Shown: piece by piece, positions 42,365 through 51,077 of the stretch | Layout of the letters: the number at the start of each line of letters is the position of its first letter | How positions within the stretch are numbered: position 1 is the stretch's first letter | Origin: a virus | Taxonomy: Duplodnaviria > Caudoviricetes | Virus record (IMG/VR): IMGVR_UViG_3300029288_000012 | Location: 1,620-65,619 of that record | Reading direction: 5' to 3' (one strand) | Length of the DNA: 64,000 nucleotides | Position numbers and translations under genes: made by a program | The notes under the pieces: model-generated | The model's input: the letters and a program-made list of their open reading frames with translations, nothing else | Databases searched by the model: none | Told to the model about the DNA's origin: nothing

Positions 42365-42479
42365 AAGGTTCTCGCTCCTTTTGTTATTGCACCGGCCAGG
42401 CGGCGAGTTGTTCTAGGTGAGCGAGGAGCCTATACCAACCCACCGCCAGACCGGGGCATTAGGGGCCAGGTGTTTGGAC

Positions 42480-43961
42480 CTAGCCTGATATTTCGACAAT
42501 CGTCGCGGTGCCGGTCGTGACCTCACCAACAGCGAAAGCGCGGTTCAATTCGCACATGCGAATCGCATTCAAGCCTGTGTTTGTCGGGGTGGTGATTTCT
42601 CGCCACGAATAGCCGCCATCAATCGTTTCAAGGATCGTTGAAACAGGGGCGGCGGTCGAAGCAATAATCATGCCAACCGGGCCGATAAAGTCCATATCGG
42701 TTACGGTCTTCGTCGCGTTGTTCGGGAAGTTGCGCTCTTCCCAGGTCACGCCACCATCGAACGTGATATATAGGCTATCGCCGGCTACCGAAGTACCGAC
42801 AATGACACGGTTCGCAGTTTGGGCGAAGATCGCATTGATATTGCCGCCAGCGCCGGTAGCAGCAGCGGTAGACCAGTTCGCACCGCCATCACTTGTATAG
42901 ATGATCGTGTCAGCATCGCAGCCAGCGTAACCGACATATTCATCAACGAAGTGAATGGCATTGATATCATTGCCACCTGAAGCGGTTACGGCGCTTGATT
43001 GGAGCGTCCAGGTCTCGCCTGCATCGGATGAAAAGTAGATATTGCCGATATCGGTTCCGAGCCAGATATGCTCTCGGTCGATAGCGAACAAGCATTTCGG
43101 ACCCGTGCCGGCTTCAGCGTTCGTAGCGCCAACAGCGACGGTCGTCCAGGATACGCCCTGGTTGTCGGTATAGGCGATTGCAAGCGGGGTTCCGGCGATC
43201 GTATCACGAACGGCGATAATGCGATCAACGCCGGCGGCCTGTTCAACGCATACGACCGACATGATATTATTAGCCGCCGGGAATGGGTCAGCAGCGGCCG
43301 CCGCCCAGGTATTGCCGAAGTCGCCTGACTTTTCGAGATCGGCAGTCACGGCGGGAGCGCCATCAGCACCGGCGACCCAGTTTTCGCAAGCATCAACCTG
43401 TTCGCCACAGTCAGTACCGCATTTCGGAGAGCCGCATGGGGCGAGCGTATTCAAGGCACGGGTTTGGGTTGAAGTTTTGCGAGAAGCCGAAAGGGTTCGC
43501 ACGTCAAACCGGGGTGGAGCCGCGCTAAATTCGACCTCATAGGTGACATCGTTGTCGTCGGTCTGGTGAGCAACGTTCGACAGGGTTGAATTCAGTTTAT
43601 CAGCGTCTAGGACAACAGCGGCACGGTTCCAATTCTGAAACACGCCCTTCATGCCACATGTTTGGAGCGTGGCATAAATCGTGACCTGACAGTCATTCGC
43701 CATCCGTTCAAGGACGGACGCGGCGCTCCCAACGATCTCCGAGATGGTGAACGAGATAGCGTCCGGGGGGGAGGTGCGGCGGCTAATCTTACGAAAGCCG
43801 CCCCAGCGATTCCGACAATAGCCATATTCAACGCCCTGCCTGGGGTTCGGGATTGAATCGAGGGAGATACATTCTCCGAGGTAAACAGGCTGCTTGCCGG
43901 GTTCGGATTGAATATAGACGCTGGCGTCATTCTGCGTCAGTTTACGGGAAGTTCGGGCCAT
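42480..43961 (-). CDS. Major tail (tube) protein candidate fused to a BNR/Asp-box beta-propeller
   Basis: Synteny; six S/T-x-D-x-G-x-T/S-W boxes (KSGDFGNTW, YTDNQGVSW, FSSDAGETW, YTSDGGANW, ITFDGGVTW, ETIDGGYSW). Confidence 0.65.
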   Translation of the reverse strand: MARTSRKLTQNDASVYIQSEPGKQPVYLGECISLDSIPNPRQGVEYGYCRNRWGGFRKISRRTSPPDAISFTISEIVGSAASVLERMANDCQVTIYATLQTCGMKGVFQNWNRAAVVLDADKLNSTLSNVAHQTDDNDVTYEVEFSAAPPRFDVRTLSASRKTSTQTRALNTLAPCGSPKCGTDCGEQVDACENWVAGADGAPAVTADLEKSGDFGNTWAAAAADPFPAANNIMSVVCVEQAAGVDRIIAVRDTIAGTPLAIAYTDNQGVSWTTVAVGATNAEAGTGPKCLFAIDREHIWLGTDIGNIYFSSDAGETWTLQSSAVTASGGNDINAIHFVDEYVGYAGCDADTIIYTSDGGANWSTAAATGAGGNINAIFAQTANRVIVGTSVAGDSLYITFDGGVTWEERNFPNNATKTVTDMDFIGPVGMIIASTAAPVSTILETIDGGYSWREITTPTNTGLNAIRMCELNRAFAVGEVTTGTATIVEISG

Positions 43962-44351
43962 TTATAAATCTCCTTTCGCAAGATTTAGAATCTCTCCAAT
44001 CGTTCTAGAGAGGGTTTCAGTAAGCGCACGAATAACGCCGGATGGGTTATTCAGAACGTCTTCTTTCGTCCAAAAGCCGGCAGCGTGAAGGATTTCGGCG
44101 ATCTCCTGACGAGACACGGCGATTCCGGTCAATCGATTGAAGTCGAGACCATAAGCGATTCCGAAGTTAAGTTCTTCTATGAGGATCGTATTATCATCGG
44201 TTATCTTATCGGTCGGGACATAACAGCGGTTGACAACGCCAACCCCATCGGTATATTCGACAAGGGTAGCAGCGTCACGCGTCATGATTCGATTCACGGC
44301 GGCGTAGCCTTCAGGCAGCGAGGGTTCAAGGTCTTTCGTTTTCTTTGTCAT
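43962..44351 (-). CDS. Virion morphogenesis protein (tail completion or chaperone-like)
   Basis: Synteny only. Confidence 0.5.
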   Translation of the reverse strand: MTKKTKDLEPSLPEGYAAVNRIMTRDAATLVEYTDGVGVVNRCYVPTDKITDDNTILIEELNFGIAYGLDFNRLTGIAVSRQEIAEILHAAGFWTKEDVLNNPSGVIRALTETLSRTIGEILNLAKGDL

Positions 44352-44879
44352 TTAGAGCAAGCCTCCTTTCTTTAGCGCTTGTTCTATCGCCTTTTCCATT
44401 CGGCGGTAGAAGCCCTTTTCAGCATTTCGAATTACAACGTCGGTAAAGTTGCGAGGTTTCGTGCCAGGGTGGTGAACGACCTTTGGGGTCACGGTCGGAC
44501 CGGTTTGCTTTGAAGCACGAGAATTCAGGGAGCCGGGAGAGGTTTTCGCCTTGTAGCTTCCGGGTCCCGCCCAATTGAAAGCGAGCCGTTTTCCTTTGGT
44601 CGCCTTGATTGTATGCGGTCGCGTTCCTTGATCAACGTAGCCGTAGATAGGATCGTCGGTTCCTACTAGCAGTTCTGGACCCGAGGACGTGACCGCCTTT
44701 ACCGAATCGAATTTCGGTTTGTGCTTCCAGGTGCGGGTAGACCTTTCATAGTCTTTTATCATCCGTTTCGCTTCAGCATCAAGAGCGGCTAGAATGTCTC
44801 TTTCGACCTGCGCGTTAATAGCCGCCGACATCTTTGGCAGCGTATCACTATACTTCAGGATGATAGGAGGGTTAGCCAC
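44352..44879 (-). CDS. Neck protein, HK97 gp10-like
   Basis: YGYVDQGTRPH and HHPGTKP motifs. Confidence 0.7.
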   Translation of the reverse strand: MANPPIILKYSDTLPKMSAAINAQVERDILAALDAEAKRMIKDYERSTRTWKHKPKFDSVKAVTSSGPELLVGTDDPIYGYVDQGTRPHTIKATKGKRLAFNWAGPGSYKAKTSPGSLNSRASKQTGPTVTPKVVHHPGTKPRNFTDVVIRNAEKGFYRRMEKAIEQALKKGGLL

Positions 44880-44888
44880 TTTCGTTCC

Positions 44889-45140
44889 TCATTTCAGTTG
44901 AAAGATAGGAAGGCTATCTTCTTCAAGGGCGAAAAGCCCTGCAACGTCACGAGCATCAACGTATCCAACCCGGCGCAAAAGCCCAAACATATAGACCGTC
45001 TTTGTCGCTTCGCCTTCGTAGTATTGCACTTCATAATAACCGGTATAGACAACCTTGACAAGCCCGGCCTCTCCGAGGGTAGGTGACCTGGGTTCTGTGG
45101 AACGCGCCGCGCTCCTAGTGATCGTGCCGCCGCAGCCCAT
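44889..45140 (-). CDS. Small head-tail region protein
   Basis: RBS AAGGA; synteny. Confidence 0.55.
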   Translation of the reverse strand: MGCGGTITRSAARSTEPRSPTLGEAGLVKVVYTGYYEVQYYEGEATKTVYMFGLLRRVGYVDARDVAGLFALEEDSLPIFQLK

Positions 45141-45156
45141 TTATCAAGTTCCTTTA

Positions 45157-45600
45157 TCATGGCATTCGTGCGAGTTCGTTTTCAATGATACGAGCCGCGT
45201 TCGCTTCAGTCCATGAATGCTCGGCACGGGCAAAAGCCGGGAAGTTAGCGCCGGTCTCGCCTTCGCAAAGTGTGATCTTCCCGTCTCGTATCAGGGTATA
45301 TTGATTCTCTAGCCATTCGAGCCAGCTTTGTCGAAGTTCAGGCGTGAAAGAGTTGCCACAGGGGCAATTCTGAATTACGGCAGCATCAATGACATTCAGC
45401 TTCTTCAGATACGAAAGCGCACAGGAAGCGAGAGTACAATCGCAAGCACCTACGGCGGCTAATGCCATATGCACATCGGACGCGGCGAGGTCAAGAGCGC
45501 GTTCAATATCTGCAATGGCAATAGGGTCATTCAGATCAACAGCCGCGCAAAGAAGATTATTGTAATCATCAACAGAAGCAAATCGACCTGAGCATGGCAT
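45157..45600 (-). CDS. Head-tail adaptor
   Basis: FASVDD N-terminus typical of gp6/gp15-like adaptors; synteny. Confidence 0.6.
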   Translation of the reverse strand: MPCSGRFASVDDYNNLLCAAVDLNDPIAIADIERALDLAASDVHMALAAVGACDCTLASCALSYLKKLNVIDAAVIQNCPCGNSFTPELRQSWLEWLENQYTLIRDGKITLCEGETGANFPAFARAEHSWTEANAARIIENELARMP

Positions 45601-45617
45601 AAGCGAATCTCTCTTTC

Positions 45618-45652
45618 GGCTTGAAGGTGGCGAACTTCGCCACCTTCAAGCC
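45618..45652. terminator. 17-bp perfect hairpin containing the TGGCGAA-N-TTCGCCA palindrome
   Basis: GGCTTGAAGGTGGCGAA-C-TTCGCCACCTTCAAGCC. Confidence 0.6.
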
Positions 45653-45665
45653 TAGTAGGGCCGCG

Positions 45666-46703
45666 TTAGGCGGCGGGCGGGAGAACAGTCATGCCGGAAG
45701 CATTGACCGTTGTACCCGGCACAGCTTCCAGCGAGGGGTCCGCCCAGTTACCGACCCAGAAGTCGTTGGTTCCCGGCGTATAGTCGCCGGCAGCGGGAAG
45801 GCGATAGATACCGCCCAGCTTGTTGCCGGTGACGAAGTTGCCAGTACCGCCAGTGAGATCGATAGCGGGGCCAGTCAGTTGGTTTGTCAGGGAAGCGCCC
45901 GGAGACGCAGCCCGGCCAGAGAATACGCAGTCTTTAATGACCGACGAATCGAAGCCGCGTCCAGCGCCGATATTACAGTCGATATGAGCGGTGTTTTCGG
46001 CGAAGTAGCAGCCATCAATCACGATTCGGTATGGGTTAGCGAAAGCGTTATCAGTCACGCCAATCGCAGCGCCGCCGGCGCGAGAGAAGAATTCAAAGCG
46101 GCAGTTCTTGATCGTGATCTCGTAAGCGCCGCCATACATACGAATACCGAAAGAGCCATCACCTGCGTTACGGTTTGCGCCGTAGAAGTAACAGTCTTCG
46201 ATATGAGTGAAGAATGGCATTGCCAAAGGATCGACGCCGGGAGCGCCGGTCATCGGGATTTCAACGCCAATCGAGTTCACACCAGGGGCGAAGCGAAAGC
46301 CTTCAATGCGCCAACCGGGAGCGCGCAGCGTGATACAAGGTTCGCCATCCGGGGAAGACCAGTAAACGCCATTGAAAGACTTTTCATCCGAGCCGCCAAC
46401 GCCAACAAGACGAACGTTGGAGGGGCCAACACTGAAGACACGAGTATCGACGGATTCAATGCCCATAGAGCGGACAAGAATCACATCATAGGCATTCTGG
46501 ACTTTATCAGCGGCGGCCTGGACCGTAGCAAGCGGCGCGTCAGGCGAAGTGCCATCGTTCAAGTCATTGGCGAGCGGATGAAGCACGTCTACATAGTAGA
46601 CAGAAGCAAGGGGCAGCGAGCGGAGTCCGAGGTTCGAATCGCTACCAGGGACGCCCCATTGCCCAGGGTAGAACGGATTGAGCCGAGTCAAGGGGTTATT
46701 CAT
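45666..46703 (-). CDS. Right-handed beta-helix (pectin-lyase-like) protein
   Basis: YYVD...NDGTSPDAPLATVQAA N-terminus; repeated I-x-N/D-C-x-F strands. Confidence 0.75.
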   Translation of the reverse strand: MNNPLTRLNPFYPGQWGVPGSDSNLGLRSLPLASVYYVDVLHPLANDLNDGTSPDAPLATVQAAADKVQNAYDVILVRSMGIESVDTRVFSVGPSNVRLVGVGGSDEKSFNGVYWSSPDGEPCITLRAPGWRIEGFRFAPGVNSIGVEIPMTGAPGVDPLAMPFFTHIEDCYFYGANRNAGDGSFGIRMYGGAYEITIKNCRFEFFSRAGGAAIGVTDNAFANPYRIVIDGCYFAENTAHIDCNIGAGRGFDSSVIKDCVFSGRAASPGASLTNQLTGPAIDLTGGTGNFVTGNKLGGIYRLPAAGDYTPGTNDFWVGNWADPSLEAVPGTTVNASGMTVLPPAA

Positions 46704-46714
46704 GTTTCAATCTC

Positions 46715-46972
46715 CTAGCGGCCGGTAAACAAACCGGGACGCGGGTCAATTGCAACCGGGGCATTGCGATACGCTTCAAGAAAAGCCTTTGCCTTGCGAA
46801 CAGTTTCGAGGGGATAGCGGGCTGGATCGCCTTTTGCGAGTTTGATAATTTCCTCGGCAGTTTCGACGTCCATTTCGGGATAGCCGGCCTGCAAGTAGGT
46901 TTCCATTTCGGCGGTTCCAGGCTGGATCGATTCAAGCGTATCTGATACGACGGTTTGTGATTTCTTTGCCAT
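46715..46972 (-). CDS. Small head-region protein
   Basis: RBS AAGGAG before MAKKS. Confidence 0.65.
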   Translation of the reverse strand: MAKKSQTVVSDTLESIQPGTAEMETYLQAGYPEMDVETAEEIIKLAKGDPARYPLETVRKAKAFLEAYRNAPVAIDPRPGLFTGR

Positions 46973-47013
46973 TTTGTTTCTCGCTCCTTTCATAGAGTTT
47001 CAGAGTTTGGACC

Positions 47014-47048
47014 GGCCAGCCCGAATAATCGTTCGTATCGGGCTGGCC
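47014..47048 (-). terminator. Hairpin after the major capsid gene
   Basis: GGCCAGCCCGA / TCGGGCTGGCC. Confidence 0.5.
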
Positions 47049-47067
47049 AGAGAGATTACGCCGGATT

Positions 47068-48165
47068 TTAGGGCGTAGTGCCGGATGAATAGTAGATACC
47101 GCGAAAGTCGGTGACGCCAACGAAGTTGGTATCATCCCAACCGCCAATGATATCTTCGACCATCCATTCAATGTCGCCGGTCTCGAAGCTACCCATTGTG
47201 AAGGCGGCGGGAGCCGATCCGATCACCATCTGCAAGTTCGGAGCCTTCATAGCCACGAATGGCTGGTCAGCACCTTGCAAGCGAGCAACGGTGACAGCGG
47301 GGATTTCGGACGGGTCAGCGAACAGATACCATGGGACGTTCGCGCCAGCGGTAGCGATATAGGGATCGACATGCACGCCAGCGATAAAGCTTGGAAGGAC
47401 GTTCTTGTCATTCGTCGCGACGCCGGCCATCAGGAGCGATTCGAGAATCGTTTGCGCCTGAATCAGCAGAATCGGGGGAATAACGAGATGGAGCCGACCG
47501 ATCTGAATCGGATTGCCGGCAGCATCGGTACGCTGCATCATTGCCGAGATACCGATAGCGAGGTTCGCAGCGGTCAATCGGCCGGTGCCAGCCCAGGGAG
47601 CGCCGAGACCGGCGAGAGTACCCTGGGTCGTCGCATTGTCATAGAGAGACGAGACGAACGCGTCTTCGAACATGCGAGCGGCATTGGCCATAGCCTGCGG
47701 GACCTCGCGGATCTTGCCGAGGTCATCATTCAGGATAGTCTGCCAGCTAACGTCGAATTGGCGAGCGAATTCGTCAACATGATATTCGACTTTGGTAGTA
47801 CCGACATAGGTTGCCTTCGCTTCGGCCTTCTCGCGGCGGCGGTGAAGCGTGCCGGGGGTGGACATGCGAAAGCGTTCAACATCGCGAAAGTCGGGAGCGG
47901 TGTCAGCGAAGGTGTAGGATCGCCAGGAGCCAGCCTTCGTAGTATAGTCGGAGTAGAACATGCGAGAGAGGGCATTCCCAAAGTAGTCAGCGAAGTGAGC
48001 GGTAGTCATAGCTTCGGCAAACTGGCGAGGGGTGATATCCCGATAGTGAAGCATCATTTGATCAAGAGCATCACGCCGGGTCACGGCTTCATCAGCCGTG
48101 ATGACTTCAGCAGCGCGATCGGCTTCAACCAATTCGCGCAGCCAGGAACGAACAGAATTAGGCAT
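47068..48165 (-). CDS. Major capsid protein (HK97 fold, Mu gpT-like)
   Basis: DFRDVER, FARQFDVSWQTILNDDLG; size and synteny; strongly biased codons. Confidence 0.85.
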   Translation of the reverse strand: MPNSVRSWLRELVEADRAAEVITADEAVTRRDALDQMMLHYRDITPRQFAEAMTTAHFADYFGNALSRMFYSDYTTKAGSWRSYTFADTAPDFRDVERFRMSTPGTLHRRREKAEAKATYVGTTKVEYHVDEFARQFDVSWQTILNDDLGKIREVPQAMANAARMFEDAFVSSLYDNATTQGTLAGLGAPWAGTGRLTAANLAIGISAMMQRTDAAGNPIQIGRLHLVIPPILLIQAQTILESLLMAGVATNDKNVLPSFIAGVHVDPYIATAGANVPWYLFADPSEIPAVTVARLQGADQPFVAMKAPNLQMVIGSAPAAFTMGSFETGDIEWMVEDIIGGWDDTNFVGVTDFRGIYYSSGTTP

Positions 48166-48191
48166 TGTCTAATTTCTCCTTTCAGTAGAGT

Positions 48192-48689
48192 TTAGGCGGC
48201 GCCAGCGCCAACCTGCATGACAGAGCAGTCGTGGGTAGAGCCAACGAGAGCAGCGCCCTTCGGGAAGACGTCGCTTTCGACGGGGTAGGGAACAACACGG
48301 CCGAAAAGCGGGTTCGCCGTGCCGAGGTTGTTCAGGGGGGAAGTCGAGAGGTAGGTCCCGGCTGGCATGGTGGCAGAATCGTCAAAGTAAACCGGGTCGC
48401 CGATATTGATCGGACCCCAGGTCGCTTCAACGCCGCCGCCGTAGGTGAGGACGTTACGCACCTCATGAAGGTAGACCATCGAACAAGTGAAGTCGATCAC
48501 GGCGACCGACGTATCAGGATCGATAGTCAGGACGGTTCCCGTCAGTTCGGAGCCGGGCAGCAAGCCCAACACCTTTTCAGGGATGGTAGGGATAGGGAGC
48601 GGGTCCGAAAGGCGAGCATAGGGAATTTCCCAATGACGAACAGCGCCTTCACTGGACACTTCGTAATTATGCCGAATAACTTTAGGCAT
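48192..48689 (-). CDS. Head decoration / cement protein
   Basis: Between scaffold and capsid genes; IGDPVYFD resembles DUF2190-type cement proteins. Confidence 0.65.
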   Translation of the reverse strand: MPKVIRHNYEVSSEGAVRHWEIPYARLSDPLPIPTIPEKVLGLLPGSELTGTVLTIDPDTSVAVIDFTCSMVYLHEVRNVLTYGGGVEATWGPINIGDPVYFDDSATMPAGTYLSTSPLNNLGTANPLFGRVVPYPVESDVFPKGAALVGSTHDCSVMQVGAGAA

Positions 48690-48705
48690 TGTCTAATTCT
48701 CCTTT

Positions 48706-50469
48706 CTAAGGTTTGTTGAAATATTTCGCATCGACTTTGGCAGCCAGGCGCGCAGCTTCAGCTTCACGCTCAGCCAGGGTGCGCACGGGTTTGGCGCTTT
48801 GCTCGGCCGGTGGCACGGCGAACGGGGTGCCACTTTGAGAGACTTCCTTCAAGTAGGCGATTTCAGTTCGAATAGCAGCTTCAAGAGCCGCTTCATCGAT
48901 AGGGGTAGTTGCCCGAATGCGGGTGACGGTCGCTTCTGGCAAGCCATCAATCAGAGGGGCGAATCGCCCTTCAAGGGCGAGATTGATCGCACCTTCCGAC
49001 ATGCGAACGGGGATCGCAGCTTCTTCTCTCGCCTCGGTTTCGACGGGGGCCAGGGGTTCCGGCGTTTCCGGCGAGGTGGCGGCGGATTCTTCGACATCTG
49101 CGAGGGGTTGTTCTTCAACCGGTTCGGGGCCGGCCTGGACATCGGCTTCAGCAACAGCTTCATCGGATTCGGCGGGTTCCTCGGTCGGACCAGAGTCCTC
49201 TTTCGCTAGTTCTTCGGTGATAGGTTCATCGGTGACAGGGGTAGTATCAGCCACATCGGTTTCGGCCGTTACGACGACCGGTTCTTCGACCGGTTCGGAT
49301 TCTGCCTGGACCTGGACTTCCTCTTTCTGTTCTTCTTCGACCGGCGCAGCGGATTCGGTGATAGAGTTCGCCCGGCCACCAGCGCCGGCGGCGGATACCC
49401 AATCGACCGCGTGAACGTCGGTGATTTCGGTGACTCGGTTCCCCTTGCGCCCGTTCACCTCGAAGCCGGGTTCTGCCTTTCCGGCAGCATAAATGCTGCA
49501 TTCGAGCCGAGACAGTAAACCGGCCGCGTTCAAGTTGCGAACGCGTTCAGCGAAGTTCGGATCGTGTACGGCAATGCGAGCGATAGGCGCGCCGGTTTGG
49601 GTGAAGCCCTCGATTCCGGTGATCGTTGATACCCAGGTGCGGGTAGACCGTTCATCGTTTCGGTGGTCGGTTTCATACATCTTCGCGCCCTTGAAGCGTT
49701 CTGCGCTTGCCCTGAGCATTTCAGGCGGGTAGAAGTTATTGTCGCGAGTATTGCCCCAGCCTGGTTCAATGACGACAGCATTCATGTAAAGAACGTTCGC
49801 TTGCGCTTCCGAAAGTTCTGCTTCTTCTACCTCATAGATAATCGGGGTAGCAGATTCAGCCATTTCGAAAGTACCGGGTTCTGAAGTGTTCGCGTTCTCG
49901 GTCGGGGTGACTTCGCCGGCAGCGATAGCAGCTTCGGGTTCTTCGACTTCCGGCGGTTCCATACCGCCCATCACAGAATCGATCTCGGTGATGTATTCAC
50001 CAACAAGATTCCGGATCGCCTGGACCCGATCCATATCGCCGTCAGCGGTGATAATGTTACGAAGCATCAAGTAAAGTTGCTCCGTAAGGTCGTTTAGGTT
50101 TTCTGCAAGTTCACTGGCCTGAGCCAGGACTTTCAATTGGCTAAACGAGGTTACGCCGTATGGGACGTAGCCGCCTTCCTGAATTTCAGGAGTTTCAGCA
50201 GCTTCGACCATAATGTCGGCAGCGGCATCGGAGCCGCGTTTAGTTCGTGGCATAGTTCTTGCCTCCTTTCCTGTTTTCTTTACCCATCTGCCTTTTGACG
50301 GGCGGTAGGTCTTCTTGAAGTTTGCGATCGCTATTGCCCAGCCATTTCGGCCATCGCCGGTTCCGATTGCATCTGCTTGATCTGCAATATCGGTAGCCTG
50401 TTCGGGAGTCAATGGCGGCTTGATCGCAGCGAGCGCCGGGGGGAATTCGGATCTGGACTTATAGGGCAT
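48706..50469 (-). CDS. ChaB-like domain + prohead protease + acidic scaffold
   Basis: MPYKS...WAIA...Y...KWVKK ChaB-like start; TDH and VDWVSAAGAGG protease motifs; E/P-rich linker; RBS AGGAG at 50469. Confidence 0.75.
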   Translation of the reverse strand: MPYKSRSEFPPALAAIKPPLTPEQATDIADQADAIGTGDGRNGWAIAIANFKKTYRPSKGRWVKKTGKEARTMPRTKRGSDAAADIMVEAAETPEIQEGGYVPYGVTSFSQLKVLAQASELAENLNDLTEQLYLMLRNIITADGDMDRVQAIRNLVGEYITEIDSVMGGMEPPEVEEPEAAIAAGEVTPTENANTSEPGTFEMAESATPIIYEVEEAELSEAQANVLYMNAVVIEPGWGNTRDNNFYPPEMLRASAERFKGAKMYETDHRNDERSTRTWVSTITGIEGFTQTGAPIARIAVHDPNFAERVRNLNAAGLLSRLECSIYAAGKAEPGFEVNGRKGNRVTEITDVHAVDWVSAAGAGGRANSITESAAPVEEEQKEEVQVQAESEPVEEPVVVTAETDVADTTPVTDEPITEELAKEDSGPTEEPAESDEAVAEADVQAGPEPVEEQPLADVEESAATSPETPEPLAPVETEAREEAAIPVRMSEGAINLALEGRFAPLIDGLPEATVTRIRATTPIDEAALEAAIRTEIAYLKEVSQSGTPFAVPPAEQSAKPVRTLAEREAEAARLAAKVDAKYFNKP

Positions 50470-50482
50470 TCGTTCTATTCTC

Positions 50483-51067
50483 CTATATTCCTGGCCGCGC
50501 CGGGTAGGCGTGACAACCGAGGTAGAATTCAATCCAGTAAGCACTTGGACCAGCGGGCGTTTTAGCGGCCGCTATCCATACCTTCGAGCCTACCGGCATT
50601 CGCCCACACTTGATATCAATCGGGACCGAGTCATTGTTCGTTGCATCAACCTTGAAGACAATATCCGTATAATGGTTGTTTGCAACAGCGGCGGCGAAAG
50701 TCGTTTCTCCGTTCGCATTGAAGGCCATACGCAGCATATAAGTTGCCGCGCCTTGCACGTTTACGATATTCAGGCGGTGAGGGTCAAAGAGCGTTTGGAA
50801 GGCGAGAAAGGTTTCGGTTCCGTTGAAGACAGCGATTTCAGTTCCGAGAGCGCCGGCAACAGCGCTAGTCGTGACGCGATAAGGCGTGACGATTCCGGCC
50901 GGGGTTTTGATCCCCGGCGCGACTTGACCAGCGCTTGCGCCAAACCACCTTTCAACATTATGAAAGTGATCATGGACGATATAGCTAAAGTCCCGCGCTG
51001 CATTGGCGGCGGCTAGCGTAGCGGTCGAATTGCCATCGGGACCTTTGTTCGTCACAGAAAGAGACAT
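50483..51067 (-). CDS. Putative virion protein
   Basis: In the structural operon, beta-rich. Confidence 0.55.
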   Translation of the reverse strand: MSLSVTNKGPDGNSTATLAAANAARDFSYIVHDHFHNVERWFGASAGQVAPGIKTPAGIVTPYRVTTSAVAGALGTEIAVFNGTETFLAFQTLFDPHRLNIVNVQGAATYMLRMAFNANGETTFAAAVANNHYTDIVFKVDATNNDSVPIDIKCGRMPVGSKVWIAAAKTPAGPSAYWIEFYLGCHAYPARPGI

Positions 51068-51077
51068 TTATCGTTCC

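Noticed and set aside
42367-42454. HDV-like ribozyme (CTCCTCGC) or ZTP riboswitch
   Set aside because: Strand order, P1.1 GG and the ZTP conserved core do not fit
45621-48195. Long + strand ORFs (45621-46718, 47275-48195; also 58170-58946, 32161-32673, 14284-14670)
   Set aside because: Antisense shadows of strongly codon-biased real genes; no RBS or recognisable motifs
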